Below are positions 38,654 to 49,503 of a stretch of 64,000 nt of DNA, one piece after another (positions within the stretch are counted from its first letter, which is position 1; every line of letters starts with the position of its first letter). Origin of the DNA: Rhodoglobus sp. (GTDB lineage Bacteria > Actinomycetota > Actinomycetes > Actinomycetales > Microbacteriaceae); contig JBIITJ010000001.1 in the NCBI GenBank assembly GCA_044340535.1, positions 58,188 through 122,187 on the forward strand, given 5' to 3'. A program made the translations under genes and the position numbers. The notes under the pieces are model-generated. The model ran no database searches and was not told where the DNA came from. It was given only the letters and a program-made list of their open reading frames with translations.

Positions 38654-39928
38654 ATGCCACGGCGTCACCGCCCCTTCGGGGTGCTCACCATCGTCGTCGC
38701 CGGCACGCTGGCGCTGACCCTCGGTGCCGCACCCGCCTCGGCGGTCGACTATCCCTCGTGGGATGAGGTCGAGGATGCCCGCCAGGATGAAGCGGCGGCA
38801 GCTCGCGCGGTCGAGACCATCGAGGGCATGCTCAGTGATCTCGAAGCGCAGGCCGCCGAACTCAGCCGTGACGCCCTGATCAAGGGCGAGGAATACAACC
38901 AGGCCACGGCCGACCTCGAGGCGGCGGCGGCGAAAGCCGATCGACTCGACTCCCAGGCGCAGGATGCCGCGGCTCGCGCCGCCGCGTCAAGCCGGCGGGC
39001 CGGGCAGCTGGTCGCCCAGTTGGCGCGAACCGGAGGCTCAGACCTCAGCATGAAGCTGCTGCTGAGCGACAACTCTGACGGGCTGCTGAGCTCGCTCGGC
39101 ACCATGAGCAAACTGAGCGAACAGTCCGCGCAAATCTACAACCAGGCCATCGTCGACAAGAACCTCGCCCGGTCGCTCACCGACCAGGCCGAGGTCGCCG
39201 AGGAGGGGCGTCGGGCTCTCGAGGGCGAGGCGCAGGAAGCGCTCGCGGCCGCACAGTCGGCAGCGGATGACCTGGTGGCACAGGTGGCGGAGCAGCGGGC
39301 ATCCGCCGACCAGTTGTATGCGCAACTGGCGTCGCTCAAGGGCACGACGGCAGAGATTGAGCAGCGGTACATCGAGGGCATCACCGCCCCGCCGCCGCCG
39401 AGCATCCCGACCACCCCGTCGACCCCGAACGCCCCTGGCACGCCCAGCACCCCCGGCACGCCGAGCGACCCGGGCACGCCGAGTACTCCCGGCACCCCAT
39501 CCACCCCGACGCCCGACCCCACGCCGCCCGCGCCGAGTTCGGGTGCCGTCGAAACGGCGATCGCTTTCGCCTACGCGCAACTGGGTGAGCCTTACCAGTA
39601 CGGCGGCTCCGGGCCGGACCGCTGGGACTGCTCCGGGCTGACCAAGGCTGCGTACGGGTCGGCCGGCGTCTACATCGGTATCCACAGCGCCAACAGCCAG
39701 TACAACTACCAGGCGGGGCTCGGCCACCTCGTCGGGCTGTCACAGATCCAGCGCGGCGACCTGCTGTTCTACTCCAGCGGTGGCTCGACGGGCGCGACCA
39801 AGTACCACGTCACCATCTACCTGGGCGGTGGGCAGATGATTGAGGCGCCCGTGCCGGGGACGACCGTCGCGGTTAGCCCGGTCCGCAATGCCGACCTCGT
39901 GCCGTACGCTGCGAGGCCGACCGCCTGA
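38654..39928 (+). CDS. Secreted coiled-coil NlpC/P60 (C40) peptidoglycan endopeptidase, RipA/RipC/PcsB-like architecture
   Basis: Signal peptide, a coiled coil collinear with that of the upstream gene, a Pro/Thr linker, and an NlpC/P60 domain (RWDCSGL Cys, YHVTIY His). Confidence 0.85.
   Translation: MPRRHRPFGVLTIVVAGTLALTLGAAPASAVDYPSWDEVEDARQDEAAAARAVETIEGMLSDLEAQAAELSRDALIKGEEYNQATADLEAAAAKADRLDSQAQDAAARAAASSRRAGQLVAQLARTGGSDLSMKLLLSDNSDGLLSSLGTMSKLSEQSAQIYNQAIVDKNLARSLTDQAEVAEEGRRALEGEAQEALAAAQSAADDLVAQVAEQRASADQLYAQLASLKGTTAEIEQRYIEGITAPPPPSIPTTPSTPNAPGTPSTPGTPSDPGTPSTPGTPSTPTPDPTPPAPSSGAVETAIAFAYAQLGEPYQYGGSGPDRWDCSGLTKAAYGSAGVYIGIHSANSQYNYQAGLGHLVGLSQIQRGDLLFYSSGGSTGATKYHVTIYLGGGQMIEAPVPGTTVAVSPVRNADLVPYAARPTA
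39434..39505 (+). repeat. Four tandem 18-bp repeats encoding PGTPS(T/D) in the P60 linker
   Basis: Units: cctggcacgcccagcacc / cccggcacgccgagcgac / ccgggcacgccgagtact / cccggcaccccatccacc. Confidence 0.8.
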
Positions 39929-39930
39929 GG

Positions 39931-40422
39931 CTAGTGGCCTTCGGCCTTCAGCTTCTCGAAGCCCGCCTGCACGATCGCATCGGCTTCGGCGGCGTCGCCC
40001 CAGCCGTCGACCTTAACCCACTTGCCGGGCTCGAGGTCTTTGTAGTGCTCGAAGAAGTGCTGGATCTCGCTCTTGGTGAACTCGGGGATGTCGCCGATGT
40101 CCTGGATGTGGGCCCAGCGCGGGTCCTTCGCCTGCACGCAGATGACCTTCGCGTCGCTGCCGCCATCGTCGGTCATGTTGAAGACCGCGACCGGGCGCAC
40201 CGAGATGATGACGCCAGGGAACGTGGGGGCGTCGAGCAGGATGAGCGCGTCGACCGGGTCACCGTCGAGGCCGAGGGTGTTCTCGAAGTAGCCGTAGTCG
40301 GTCGGGTACTGGAACGAGGTGAAGAGGTAACGATCCAGGTGCACGCGGCCGGTCTCGTGGTCGACTTCGTACTTGTTGCGGCTCCCCTGGGGGATCTCGA
40401 CGACGACGTCGTATGCGGTCAT
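39931..40422 (-). CDS. ppa: Inorganic pyrophosphatase (family I)
   Basis: 163 aa with [22 protein letters not shown]. Confidence 0.9.
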   Translation of the reverse strand: MTAYDVVVEIPQGSRNKYEVDHETGRVHLDRYLFTSFQYPTDYGYFENTLGLDGDPVDALILLDAPTFPGVIISVRPVAVFNMTDDGGSDAKVICVQAKDPRWAHIQDIGDIPEFTKSEIQHFFEHYKDLEPGKWVKVDGWGDAAEADAIVQAGFEKLKAEGH

Positions 40423-40468
40423 GTGCTGCTCCTCATGGTCTGCGATGTGCTGCCGATAACGTTAGCTG

Positions 40469-41545
40469 ATGACATCCACCCGCCCGAGACTGACCCCGGC
40501 GATCGCCGACGTCCGCCGCGCCGTGCGTGAGGCCCTCTCTTCTGTTCACTTCTCCGGAGTTTCCGGGCGGCGCACCGGTCAAACCGGTAACCAGAGTGAC
40601 TCGGCACCGGAACCTCCGGAGAAACGTCAGGGCGGGGCGGGGCCGCTCGTGCTCGTGGCCCTCTCGGGCGGGCCTGACTCCCTGGCGCTCGCCGCCGCCG
40701 CCGCGTTCGAGGCGCCCCGCGCCGGCATGCGGGTGGGTGCCGTCATCGTCGACCACGGACTGCAGGAGGGGTCGCGGGATGCCGCAGCGCGGGCATCCAC
40801 GCAGGCCGTTGCCCTGGGCCTTGACCCGGTGGTCATCCGCACCGCCGTCGTGGGTTCGGAGGGAGGGCCAGAGGCTGCCGCCCGCACTGCCCGCTACCGG
40901 GAGTTGGACGCGGCGCTGACCGAACTCGGCGCGAGTGCCGTGCTGCTCGGCCACACCCTCGACGACCAGGCCGAAACGGTGCTGCTCGGGCTCGCGCGCG
41001 GCAGCGGCCCGGCAAGTCTCGGCGGCATGCGCGCGATGACCGGCCACTACCTGCGCCCGCTGCTCGGGCTGCGCCGTGCCACGACCGTGCAGGCGTGCGG
41101 GGATGCCGGCCTGCAACCCTGGCACGACCCGCAGAACGACGATGCCGGGTTCGCGAGGGTTCGCGCACGCCGGGTCGTGCTGCCCGTCATGGAGGATGCC
41201 CTCGGCCCGGGCATCCCGGAGGCCCTCGCCCGCACCGCCGAGCAGCTGCGCGAGGATTCCGAGGCTTTGGATCATTTCGCGGAGGAGATCGCCGAAGACC
41301 TCGCCGAACACTCCGAGGCGGGCATCTCGCTGCCGGTGCGCGCCCTCGAGGTGCAGCCCGCGGCACTGCGGCAGCGGCTGATCCGGCTGGTGGTGGCGAG
41401 CGAGTTCCACGTGTCGCTGAGCCGCGCGCAGACCCTCGAGGTGGCGCGGCTGGTCACGCACTGGCACGGGCAGGGCCCCATCGACGTGCCGGGTATTAAG
41501 GTGGAACGGCGCGGCGGACTGCTCGTGTTCGAGGCAAGACAGTAA
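40469..41545 (+). CDS. tilS: tRNA(Ile)-lysidine synthase TilS
   Basis: PP-loop LSGGPDSLALAA and a conserved actinobacterial N-terminal helix (PAIADVRRAVREAL). hpt lies downstream. Confidence 0.85.
   Translation: MTSTRPRLTPAIADVRRAVREALSSVHFSGVSGRRTGQTGNQSDSAPEPPEKRQGGAGPLVLVALSGGPDSLALAAAAAFEAPRAGMRVGAVIVDHGLQEGSRDAAARASTQAVALGLDPVVIRTAVVGSEGGPEAAARTARYRELDAALTELGASAVLLGHTLDDQAETVLLGLARGSGPASLGGMRAMTGHYLRPLLGLRRATTVQACGDAGLQPWHDPQNDDAGFARVRARRVVLPVMEDALGPGIPEALARTAEQLREDSEALDHFAEEIAEDLAEHSEAGISLPVRALEVQPAALRQRLIRLVVASEFHVSLSRAQTLEVARLVTHWHGQGPIDVPGIKVERRGGLLVFEARQ
40539..40640. repeat. Palindromic ~100-bp repeat element, copy 2 (inside the tilS reading frame)
   Basis: Arms ACTTCTCCGGAGTTT (40548-40562) and AACCTCCGGAGAAA (40611-40624). 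Collinear with copy 1 across arms, centre (AAACCGGTAAC vs AAATCCGGTAAC) and flanks. Confidence 0.6.
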
Positions 41546-41552
41546 GGAACCC

Positions 41553-42104
41553 ATGGAACTCGCCGACGTCGCGGACGACCTGACCGAGGTACTGCTGAGC
41601 GAACAGCAGATCCACGACAAGATCGCCGAACTCGCCCGCCGTATCGAGCACGACTACGCCGGCGAGCGGGTGCTGCTGGTGGCCGTGCTCAAGGGCGCCG
41701 TGATGGTGATGGCAGATGTGGCGCGCGAACTGAAAATGCACGTCGACCTCGACTTCATGGCCGTCTCTTCCTACGGGGCCAGCACCGAGTCAAGCGGTGT
41801 CGTGCGCATCCTGAAAGACCTCGACGCCGACCTCAAGGGCCGGCACGTCATCATCGTCGAAGACATCATCGACTCGGGGTTGACCCTCGCCTGGCTGCGC
41901 GCCAACCTCGAAAGCCGGGGGCCAGCGTCGCTCGAGATCCTCGCGCTGCTGCGTAAGCCCGAGGCCGCCAAAGTGGATGTCGAGGTGAAGTACTTCGGAT
42001 TCGACATCCCGAACGCTTTCGTCGTCGGGTACGGGCTGGACTACGCCGAGCGCTACCGCAACCTGCGCGGCGTCGCGGTGCTCGCCCCCCACGTATACGC
42101 CTGA
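41553..42104 (+). CDS. hpt: Hypoxanthine phosphoribosyltransferase
   Basis: PRPP-binding block VIIVEDIIDSGLTL, 183 aa. Confidence 0.9.
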   Translation: MELADVADDLTEVLLSEQQIHDKIAELARRIEHDYAGERVLLVAVLKGAVMVMADVARELKMHVDLDFMAVSSYGASTESSGVVRILKDLDADLKGRHVIIVEDIIDSGLTLAWLRANLESRGPASLEILALLRKPEAAKVDVEVKYFGFDIPNAFVVGYGLDYAERYRNLRGVAVLAPHVYA

Positions 42105-42105
42105 G

Positions 42106-42174
42106 CCGGTGATCGAGCGAAGTCGACATCCGCTGGCCCGCTCGATCACCGGTGATCGAGCGAAGTCGAGATCC
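42106..42174. repeat. Repeat array, left flank of the GIY-YIG gene
   Basis: Two direct 26-bp units, CCGGTGATCGAGCGAAGTCGA(C/G)ATCC, at 42106-42131 and 42149-42174. A perfect 24-bp palindrome lies at 42139-42162. Confidence 0.8.
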
Positions 42175-42176
42175 GT

Positions 42177-42461
42177 CTAGTCCCGATCCGTCCCTCGGCT
42201 TAACCTACACAGGGCATTCTCATCGCCCCTGAGCAACGCCTCTCGCTTGGCCCGCCCCCAGCTTTGTACTTGCTTCTCTCTCCGAAACGCGTCATCGATC
42301 CGCGTGTACTCCTCGAGATGAACCAGTTCGACCGGGCGACGCGAGCGGGTGTAGTTGGCGGCCTCGCCGCGTTCGTGCTGCGCGAGGCGCCGCTCGATGT
42401 CCCACGTGCTCCCGACGTAGTAGCTCCCGTCGTGGCACCTGAGCATGTACATGTACGGCAT
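42177..42461 (-). CDS. GIY-YIG nuclease family protein (COG2827/YhbQ-like, 94 aa)
   Basis: MPYMYMLRCHDGSYYVGSTWDIERRLAQHERG...REKQVQSWGRAKREAL matches the short stand-alone GIY-YIG family. It is the only credible part of the 886-aa antisense ORF. Confidence 0.8.
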   Translation of the reverse strand: MPYMYMLRCHDGSYYVGSTWDIERRLAQHERGEAANYTRSRRPVELVHLEEYTRIDDAFRREKQVQSWGRAKREALLRGDENALCRLSRGTDRD

Positions 42462-42526
42462 GGGGAGAATGCTCGCGGTCTGGGTAGGCGCCCGGGGTCG
42501 GTGTGGCGAACCTGTGGATAAGCGGC

Positions 42527-42628
42527 GGTCGAGCGAAGTCGAGACCTGGCGCTGGCTGGCTCGGATCTCGACTTGGCTCGGATCTCGACTTCGCTCGATC
42601 ACCGGGTCTCGACTCCGCTCGACCACCG
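42527..42628. repeat. Repeat array, right flank of the GIY-YIG gene
   Basis: GGTCGAGCGAAGTCGAGACC (42527-42546) is inverted relative to 42605-42624 (1 mismatch). GGATCTCGACTTCGCTCGATCACCGG (42580-42605) is the exact reverse complement of 42149-42174. A partial unit lies at 42563-42579. Confidence 0.8.
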
Positions 42629-42731
42629 GATGCGCCTGAGGCGAACATCCAGACGACGTGCAGCGCGGTAACGGTAGCCTTACAGCACGTTTCTCCAGCA
42701 GGAAGGTCGGGGCCTCACACGCCCGAATAAC

Positions 42732-44738
<2,007 letters not shown>

Positions 44739-44745
44739 AGTCACC

Positions 44746-45309
44746 ATGGCCATCGACTCCGGGCGCATCGAGGCGGCCGTTGCCGAGTTGCTCGCCGCCA
44801 TCGGCGAGAACCCGCAGCGGCCGGGCCTCGTCGACACCCCGAAACGCGTGGCCGAGGCCTACAACGAGTTCTTCGCCGGAATCGGTGACGACCCCGTGCG
44901 CCACCTTGCCGAGACTGTGCCGACCGAGGGTACGGGCGAACTCGTGGTGCTGCGTGACATCGAGTTCCGCTCGATCTGCGAGCACCACCTGCTGCCCTTC
45001 CTCGGGGTCGCGCATGTGGCGTACATCCCCGGCGACCGTATTGTCGGGCTCGGCCGGCTGCCGCGCGTCGTCGAGACCCTCGCCGCCCGCCCGCAGCTGC
45101 AGGAGAACCTGGGGGAGCAGATCGCGGATGCCCTCCAGGCCGGCCTCGAGCCCGCGGGTGTTCTCGTGGTGCTCGACGCGGTGCACGGGTGCGTCACCGC
45201 CCGCGGATCACGGCAAGCGCGCAGTTCCACAGTGACCATGGCCACCCGCGGCTCGCTCGGCGACCCCGTCGCTCGCGCCGAAGTGATGGCCCTGCTGGGG
45301 CAGCGATGA
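44746..45309 (+). CDS. folE: GTP cyclohydrolase I
   Basis: SICEHHLLPF motif. ATG 44746 gives a 187-aa protein. The upstream part of ORF 44650 overlaps ftsH. Confidence 0.9.
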   Translation: MAIDSGRIEAAVAELLAAIGENPQRPGLVDTPKRVAEAYNEFFAGIGDDPVRHLAETVPTEGTGELVVLRDIEFRSICEHHLLPFLGVAHVAYIPGDRIVGLGRLPRVVETLAARPQLQENLGEQIADALQAGLEPAGVLVVLDAVHGCVTARGSRQARSSTVTMATRGSLGDPVARAEVMALLGQR

Positions 45310-46112
45310 CCATCCCACAGGTGTACGCGATCCTCAACGTCACCCCCGACTCGTTCAGCGACGGCGGCCAGTACAGCGGCGACGCCGCGATCGCCAGGGG
45401 CATCGAGCTTGCCGCGCAGGGGGCGGACCTTATCGACGTGGGCGGTGAGTCGACCCGTCCCGGGGCGCAACGGGTGACCCTGGACGAGGAGCAGCAGCGC
45501 GTGCTGCCCGTGGTGCGCGGACTGGTGGCGGCGGGCGTGAGCGTGAGCGTCGACACCATGAACGCGGCCACGGCGCACTCGGCGGCGCTTGCCGGGGCAT
45601 CCGTCATCAATGACGTTTCGGGTGGGCTCGCCGACCCCGACATGTACGGCGTGGTCGCCGAGACCGGGCTGCTGTACATCGCCATGCACTGGCGCGGCCA
45701 CAGCAGCGGGATGAACGAGCTCGCGACCTACGACGACGTGGTCGCCGAGGTGACCGGCGAACTGCGGGAGCGTCTCGCCGCGATGAAGGCCGCCGGTGTC
45801 GACCTCGACAGGGTCACGCTCGACCCCGGGCTCGGCTTCGCGAAGACCGCCGAGCACAACTGGGCGCTGCTGGCGCACCTCGGTGAGCTGCGGGCGCTCG
45901 GGCATCCGGTGCTCGTGGGGGCCTCACGCAAGCGGTTCCTCGGGGAGTTGCTGCCGGAGGGCGCCAGCCCCGCCGACCGCGACCTGCCCACCGCCGTGGT
46001 GACGGCGCTGGCTGCTGCGGCCGGAGCCTCCGCCGTCCGGGTGCACGACGTTGCCGCCACGCGCGCCGCCCTCGGCGTCTGGTCGGCCTGGAAGAACGGA
46101 CTCACCGCATGA
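45306..46112 (+). CDS. folP: Dihydropteroate synthase
   Basis: ILNVTPDSFSDGG and DVGGESTRPG. ATGA overlap with the folE stop. Confidence 0.9.
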   Translation: MTIPQVYAILNVTPDSFSDGGQYSGDAAIARGIELAAQGADLIDVGGESTRPGAQRVTLDEEQQRVLPVVRGLVAAGVSVSVDTMNAATAHSAALAGASVINDVSGGLADPDMYGVVAETGLLYIAMHWRGHSSGMNELATYDDVVAEVTGELRERLAAMKAAGVDLDRVTLDPGLGFAKTAEHNWALLAHLGELRALGHPVLVGASRKRFLGELLPEGASPADRDLPTAVVTALAAAAGASAVRVHDVAATRAALGVWSAWKNGLTA

Positions 46113-46525
46113 ACCCGCTGAACCCGATCGGCACCGACAGCATCATCCTCACCGGGCTGCGCGCCTCCGCGTTCCACGGCGTGCTCGAGCACGAGCGCCG
46201 CACCGGCCAGGTGTTCATCATCGACGTGGTCGTGCACCTCGACCTGGCGGCGGCCGCGGCCAGCGACGACCTCGACCAGACGATCCACTACGGCGAACTG
46301 GCGGAGCAGGTGGTGGCCGCCGTCGAGAGTGACCCCGTCGACCTCATCGAAACCGTCGCGGAGCGGGTCGCCGGGGTGGTGCTGGCCCACCGTGCGGCGC
46401 TTGCGACCACCGTGACCGTGCACAAGCCGAGCGCCCCCATCAGCGTGCCCTTCGCCGATGTGTCGGTGACGATCACCCGCAGCGCCGCCCCCGCGGCGCG
46501 CACCACCGGGTTCTCGGCGCAATGA
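46109..46525 (+). CDS. folB: Dihydroneopterin aldolase
   Basis: 138 aa with GVLEHERRTGQ and a position between folP and folK. Confidence 0.8.
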   Translation: MNPLNPIGTDSIILTGLRASAFHGVLEHERRTGQVFIIDVVVHLDLAAAAASDDLDQTIHYGELAEQVVAAVESDPVDLIETVAERVAGVVLAHRAALATTVTVHKPSAPISVPFADVSVTITRSAAPAARTTGFSAQ

Positions 46526-47028
46526 GCCAGCGTGCCATCGTTGCGCTCGGCAGCAACCTGGGCGACCGCGAAGCCAACCTCCGCGCCGGGGTCGCCGGCA
46601 TCAGCGCGATCGCCGGGGTGACCGTGACCGCGGCATCCGGCATCGTCGAGACCGCCGCACTGAAACCCGACGGAATCGACCCGGATGCCCCCGCCTACCT
46701 CAACGCGGTCGTCGCCGTCACCACCACTCTCGAGCCGGCGCAACTGCTGGCCGCGCTGGCGGGGGTGGAATGTGACCTCGGTCGCGTGCGTGACACCCGC
46801 TGGGGCGACCGCACCCTCGACCTCGACATCGTCACCTTCGGTGACCTTCGGTTGGAGAGCGAGAGCCTGAGCATCCCGCACCCGCGCGCCGCGGAGCGCG
46901 CGTTCGTGCTCGCGCCGTGGCTGCAGTTCGACCCCGACGCCACGCTGCCCGGGCATGGCCCGATCGCCGCCCTGCTCGACCGGACCGCTGAAACACCCAC
47001 CCCCTACCCCGCGGAGCCACTGCTATGA
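46522..47028 (+). CDS. folK: 2-amino-4-hydroxy-6-hydroxymethyldihydropteridine diphosphokinase
   Basis: ALGSNLGDR and RWGDRTLDLDIV blocks. Confidence 0.85.
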   Translation: MSQRAIVALGSNLGDREANLRAGVAGISAIAGVTVTAASGIVETAALKPDGIDPDAPAYLNAVVAVTTTLEPAQLLAALAGVECDLGRVRDTRWGDRTLDLDIVTFGDLRLESESLSIPHPRAAERAFVLAPWLQFDPDATLPGHGPIAALLDRTAETPTPYPAEPLL

Positions 47029-47510
47029 CCCGCACCAAACCCCTGCACCTCCTGCTGCTCGCCGGCCTCGGTGCCGTCATCCTGTGGCTGGTCGAGACAG
47101 CCCTCACCGCGAGTGGCCGGGCGGTGGTCATCCCGCCGATCACGCTCGCTGCGGCCCTCGTGCTTATCGGCGTGATCATCGTCGTGATGGCGCTGCCGGT
47201 GCGCAAAGTCGCGCGCGGGGACCGCACCGCCCGGGTCGACCCCTTCTACGCCACCCGGGTCGTGATGCTCGCCAAAGCGTCGAGTCTCGGCGGCTCGCTG
47301 CTGAGCGGTGCAGGGCTCGGGATCATTGGCTACCTGCTGAGCCGCCCCGTGTTGCCGGCGCTAAACTCGATCACGATGGCGGTGGCTGCCACCGTCGGAG
47401 CGATCCTTCTTCTCGTCGCCGGGTTGATCGCCGAACACATGTGCACGATTCCGCCGGACGACGACGAGACGAAGCGTCCCGGAGCCCCAGACCCGCGAGG
47501 TATCACGTGA
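47025..47510 (+). CDS. DUF3180 family membrane protein
   Basis: 161 aa, 4 TMs, at the conserved position after folK in actinobacteria. Confidence 0.65.
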   Translation: MTRTKPLHLLLLAGLGAVILWLVETALTASGRAVVIPPITLAAALVLIGVIIVVMALPVRKVARGDRTARVDPFYATRVVMLAKASSLGGSLLSGAGLGIIGYLLSRPVLPALNSITMAVAATVGAILLLVAGLIAEHMCTIPPDDDETKRPGAPDPRGIT

Positions 47511-47992
47511 GCACCATTCTCGAGTTGCCGCAGGCCGACTGGCGTCGAGTCTCACCGAAGTACATCGTCGTCGACCTGGTCGGCACCCTGGTGTTCGGCG
47601 TGGTGGCCGTCGTCGTGGCATCCATCCCCGCCTGGCTCACGCAGCTGGTGTGGCTCTGGGCGATTCCGGGCTCCCTCGGCATCATCTTCCTGATCACCCT
47701 CGTCCTCGTTCCCCGGAGGGTGCGGTCCATCGGGTACCAGTTGCGCGATGACGACCTGGTCTTCCGCAGGGGGCTCATGTTCCAGCGTGTCGTCGCGGTG
47801 CCCTACGGTCGCATGCAGCTCGTGGACATCAACCGTGGCCCGCTCGACCGCGCCGTGGGGCTCAGTGAGTTGAAGTTCGTGACCGCGGCGGCGGCGACCG
47901 GGGTGGTGATCCCGGGTCTGCCCGAGGCTGAAGCTGAGGAGTTGAGGGACCGGCTGGTGGCGCTCGCGGAGACCCGCAGGGCGGGACTGTGA
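47507..47992 (+). CDS. YdbS-like bacterial PH domain membrane protein
   Basis: GTG 47507 (GTGA overlap). Two TMs followed by a bPH_2-like domain (FQRVVAVPYGRMQLVDINRGPLDR). Confidence 0.65.
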   Translation: MSTILELPQADWRRVSPKYIVVDLVGTLVFGVVAVVVASIPAWLTQLVWLWAIPGSLGIIFLITLVLVPRRVRSIGYQLRDDDLVFRRGLMFQRVVAVPYGRMQLVDINRGPLDRAVGLSELKFVTAAAATGVVIPGLPEAEAEELRDRLVALAETRRAGL

Positions 47993-49503
47993 CCGGAGCG
48001 GCCGAGCCGATCGGACGAGGCACGAGGCTCGCTGACGGGGAGTGGCACCGGCTGCACCCTGCGACCCCGCTGCTGAGGGGCGGGATCGCGCTCGTCGCGA
48101 TTATCGGTGTCATCGTGGTCAACCTGCGTGACGTGTTCATCAACACGCTGATCGAGGGCGGCCCGGGTGACGACTTCGACCCGTTCGTCTGGATTCTCGA
48201 GCACGACTTCGCGGGCCTAATTCTCCTCGGCATTCTCGCCGGTCTCGTGCTGTTCGTTGGTGGGTTCTACGTGTCGTGGCGGATGCACACCTTCCGGATC
48301 ACCGACGAGCAGGTGGAGGTGCGCAGCGGCATCCTGTTCCGAACCAACCGGCGGGGCAGGCTCGACCGCATCCAGGGGATCAACATCGCCCGCCCGGTCC
48401 TGGCGCGGCTCTTCGGTGCGGCGAGACTCGAGATCAATGTCGCAGGCCAGGACGCCAACGTGCAGCTGGCTTACCTGGGCTCCGCGGCCGCCGATGAACT
48501 GCGCCGCGAAATCCTGCTGCTCGCCTCGGGGACGACGATCCCTGCGGGCTCGGCCGCCGACCAGGCGGAGGCGAGTTCCAACGTCATCGAGAAACGCCTC
48601 AACGAGTTCCTGGCCCCCGAGCTCGACCCCGGCATCGCGGCTCCGGAATCGGTCGTGCAGATGCATCCGGGGCGCCTGATCGGGTCGATCGTCCTCAATG
48701 AGTTCACCGTGATCGTGCTGCTCGTCCTGGTCGGCATGTCGGTCGCCGTGGCGGTCACGGGCGAGATCTTCTGGATTTTCGGGTTCATCCCCGGCCTCAT
48801 CGGGCTGGGCAGCTTCTACGTCACCCGCTTTACCCGTTCGCTGCGCTACAGCCTGGCCAGCACCCCAGACGGCATCCGGGTGGGATTCGGCCTGCTTTCC
48901 ACGAGCAATGAGACGCTGCCGCCCGGTCGCATCCACGCGATCCAGGTGCGCCAGCAGTTGCTGTGGCGGCCCTCGGGTTGGTGGCAGGTCGTCATCAACC
49001 GTGCCTCGCAGTCCTCGGCCCAGGGCGCGGCCGGGCAGGCCAACACCACGATCCTTCCGGTGGGAAACCTCGACGACGTCACGAAAGTGCTCAGCCTCGT
49101 GCTTCCCGGCGTCGATACCGCGGCCCTCATTGCGGGGCTCACCGGTGGTGACCTCGGCGGCGGCTTCACCAACTCCCCGCCGCGAGCGCGGGTGCTGCGG
49201 TGGTTCTCCGTGCGCCGCAACGGTTTCGCCCTCGTGCCGGGTGCGGTGCTGCTGCGCCGTGGGGCGATCTGGCGCGAACTGGTGATCGTTCCCGAAGCCC
49301 GCATGCAGAGCATCGCCCTGCGGCAGGGCCCCCTGCTGCGTTCCCTGCGGCTGGCCGCCATCCGGTTGCACACCGTCGCCGGCCCCGTCAGTGCGCACCT
49401 CGGCGCGCTGGACTCGGCCGATGCGCTGCGGGCGTTCGAGCAGATCTCGGCAGCCGCGATCAGCTCCGCTGGCACCGACACCACGCACCGCTGGCGTTCC
49501 TGA
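47989..49503 (+). CDS. YdbT-like membrane protein with repeated bacterial PH domains
   Basis: 504 aa with three repeats of a TM pair plus a PH-like module. Confidence 0.65.
   Translation: MTGAAEPIGRGTRLADGEWHRLHPATPLLRGGIALVAIIGVIVVNLRDVFINTLIEGGPGDDFDPFVWILEHDFAGLILLGILAGLVLFVGGFYVSWRMHTFRITDEQVEVRSGILFRTNRRGRLDRIQGINIARPVLARLFGAARLEINVAGQDANVQLAYLGSAAADELRREILLLASGTTIPAGSAADQAEASSNVIEKRLNEFLAPELDPGIAAPESVVQMHPGRLIGSIVLNEFTVIVLLVLVGMSVAVAVTGEIFWIFGFIPGLIGLGSFYVTRFTRSLRYSLASTPDGIRVGFGLLSTSNETLPPGRIHAIQVRQQLLWRPSGWWQVVINRASQSSAQGAAGQANTTILPVGNLDDVTKVLSLVLPGVDTAALIAGLTGGDLGGGFTNSPPRARVLRWFSVRRNGFALVPGAVLLRRGAIWRELVIVPEARMQSIALRQGPLLRSLRLAAIRLHTVAGPVSAHLGALDSADALRAFEQISAAAISSAGTDTTHRWRS

Noticed and set aside
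42106-42628. CRISPR-like appearance of the short repeats
   Set aside because: The units abut or overlap, occur in both orientations and have no unique spacers of regular length. No cas genes are present.
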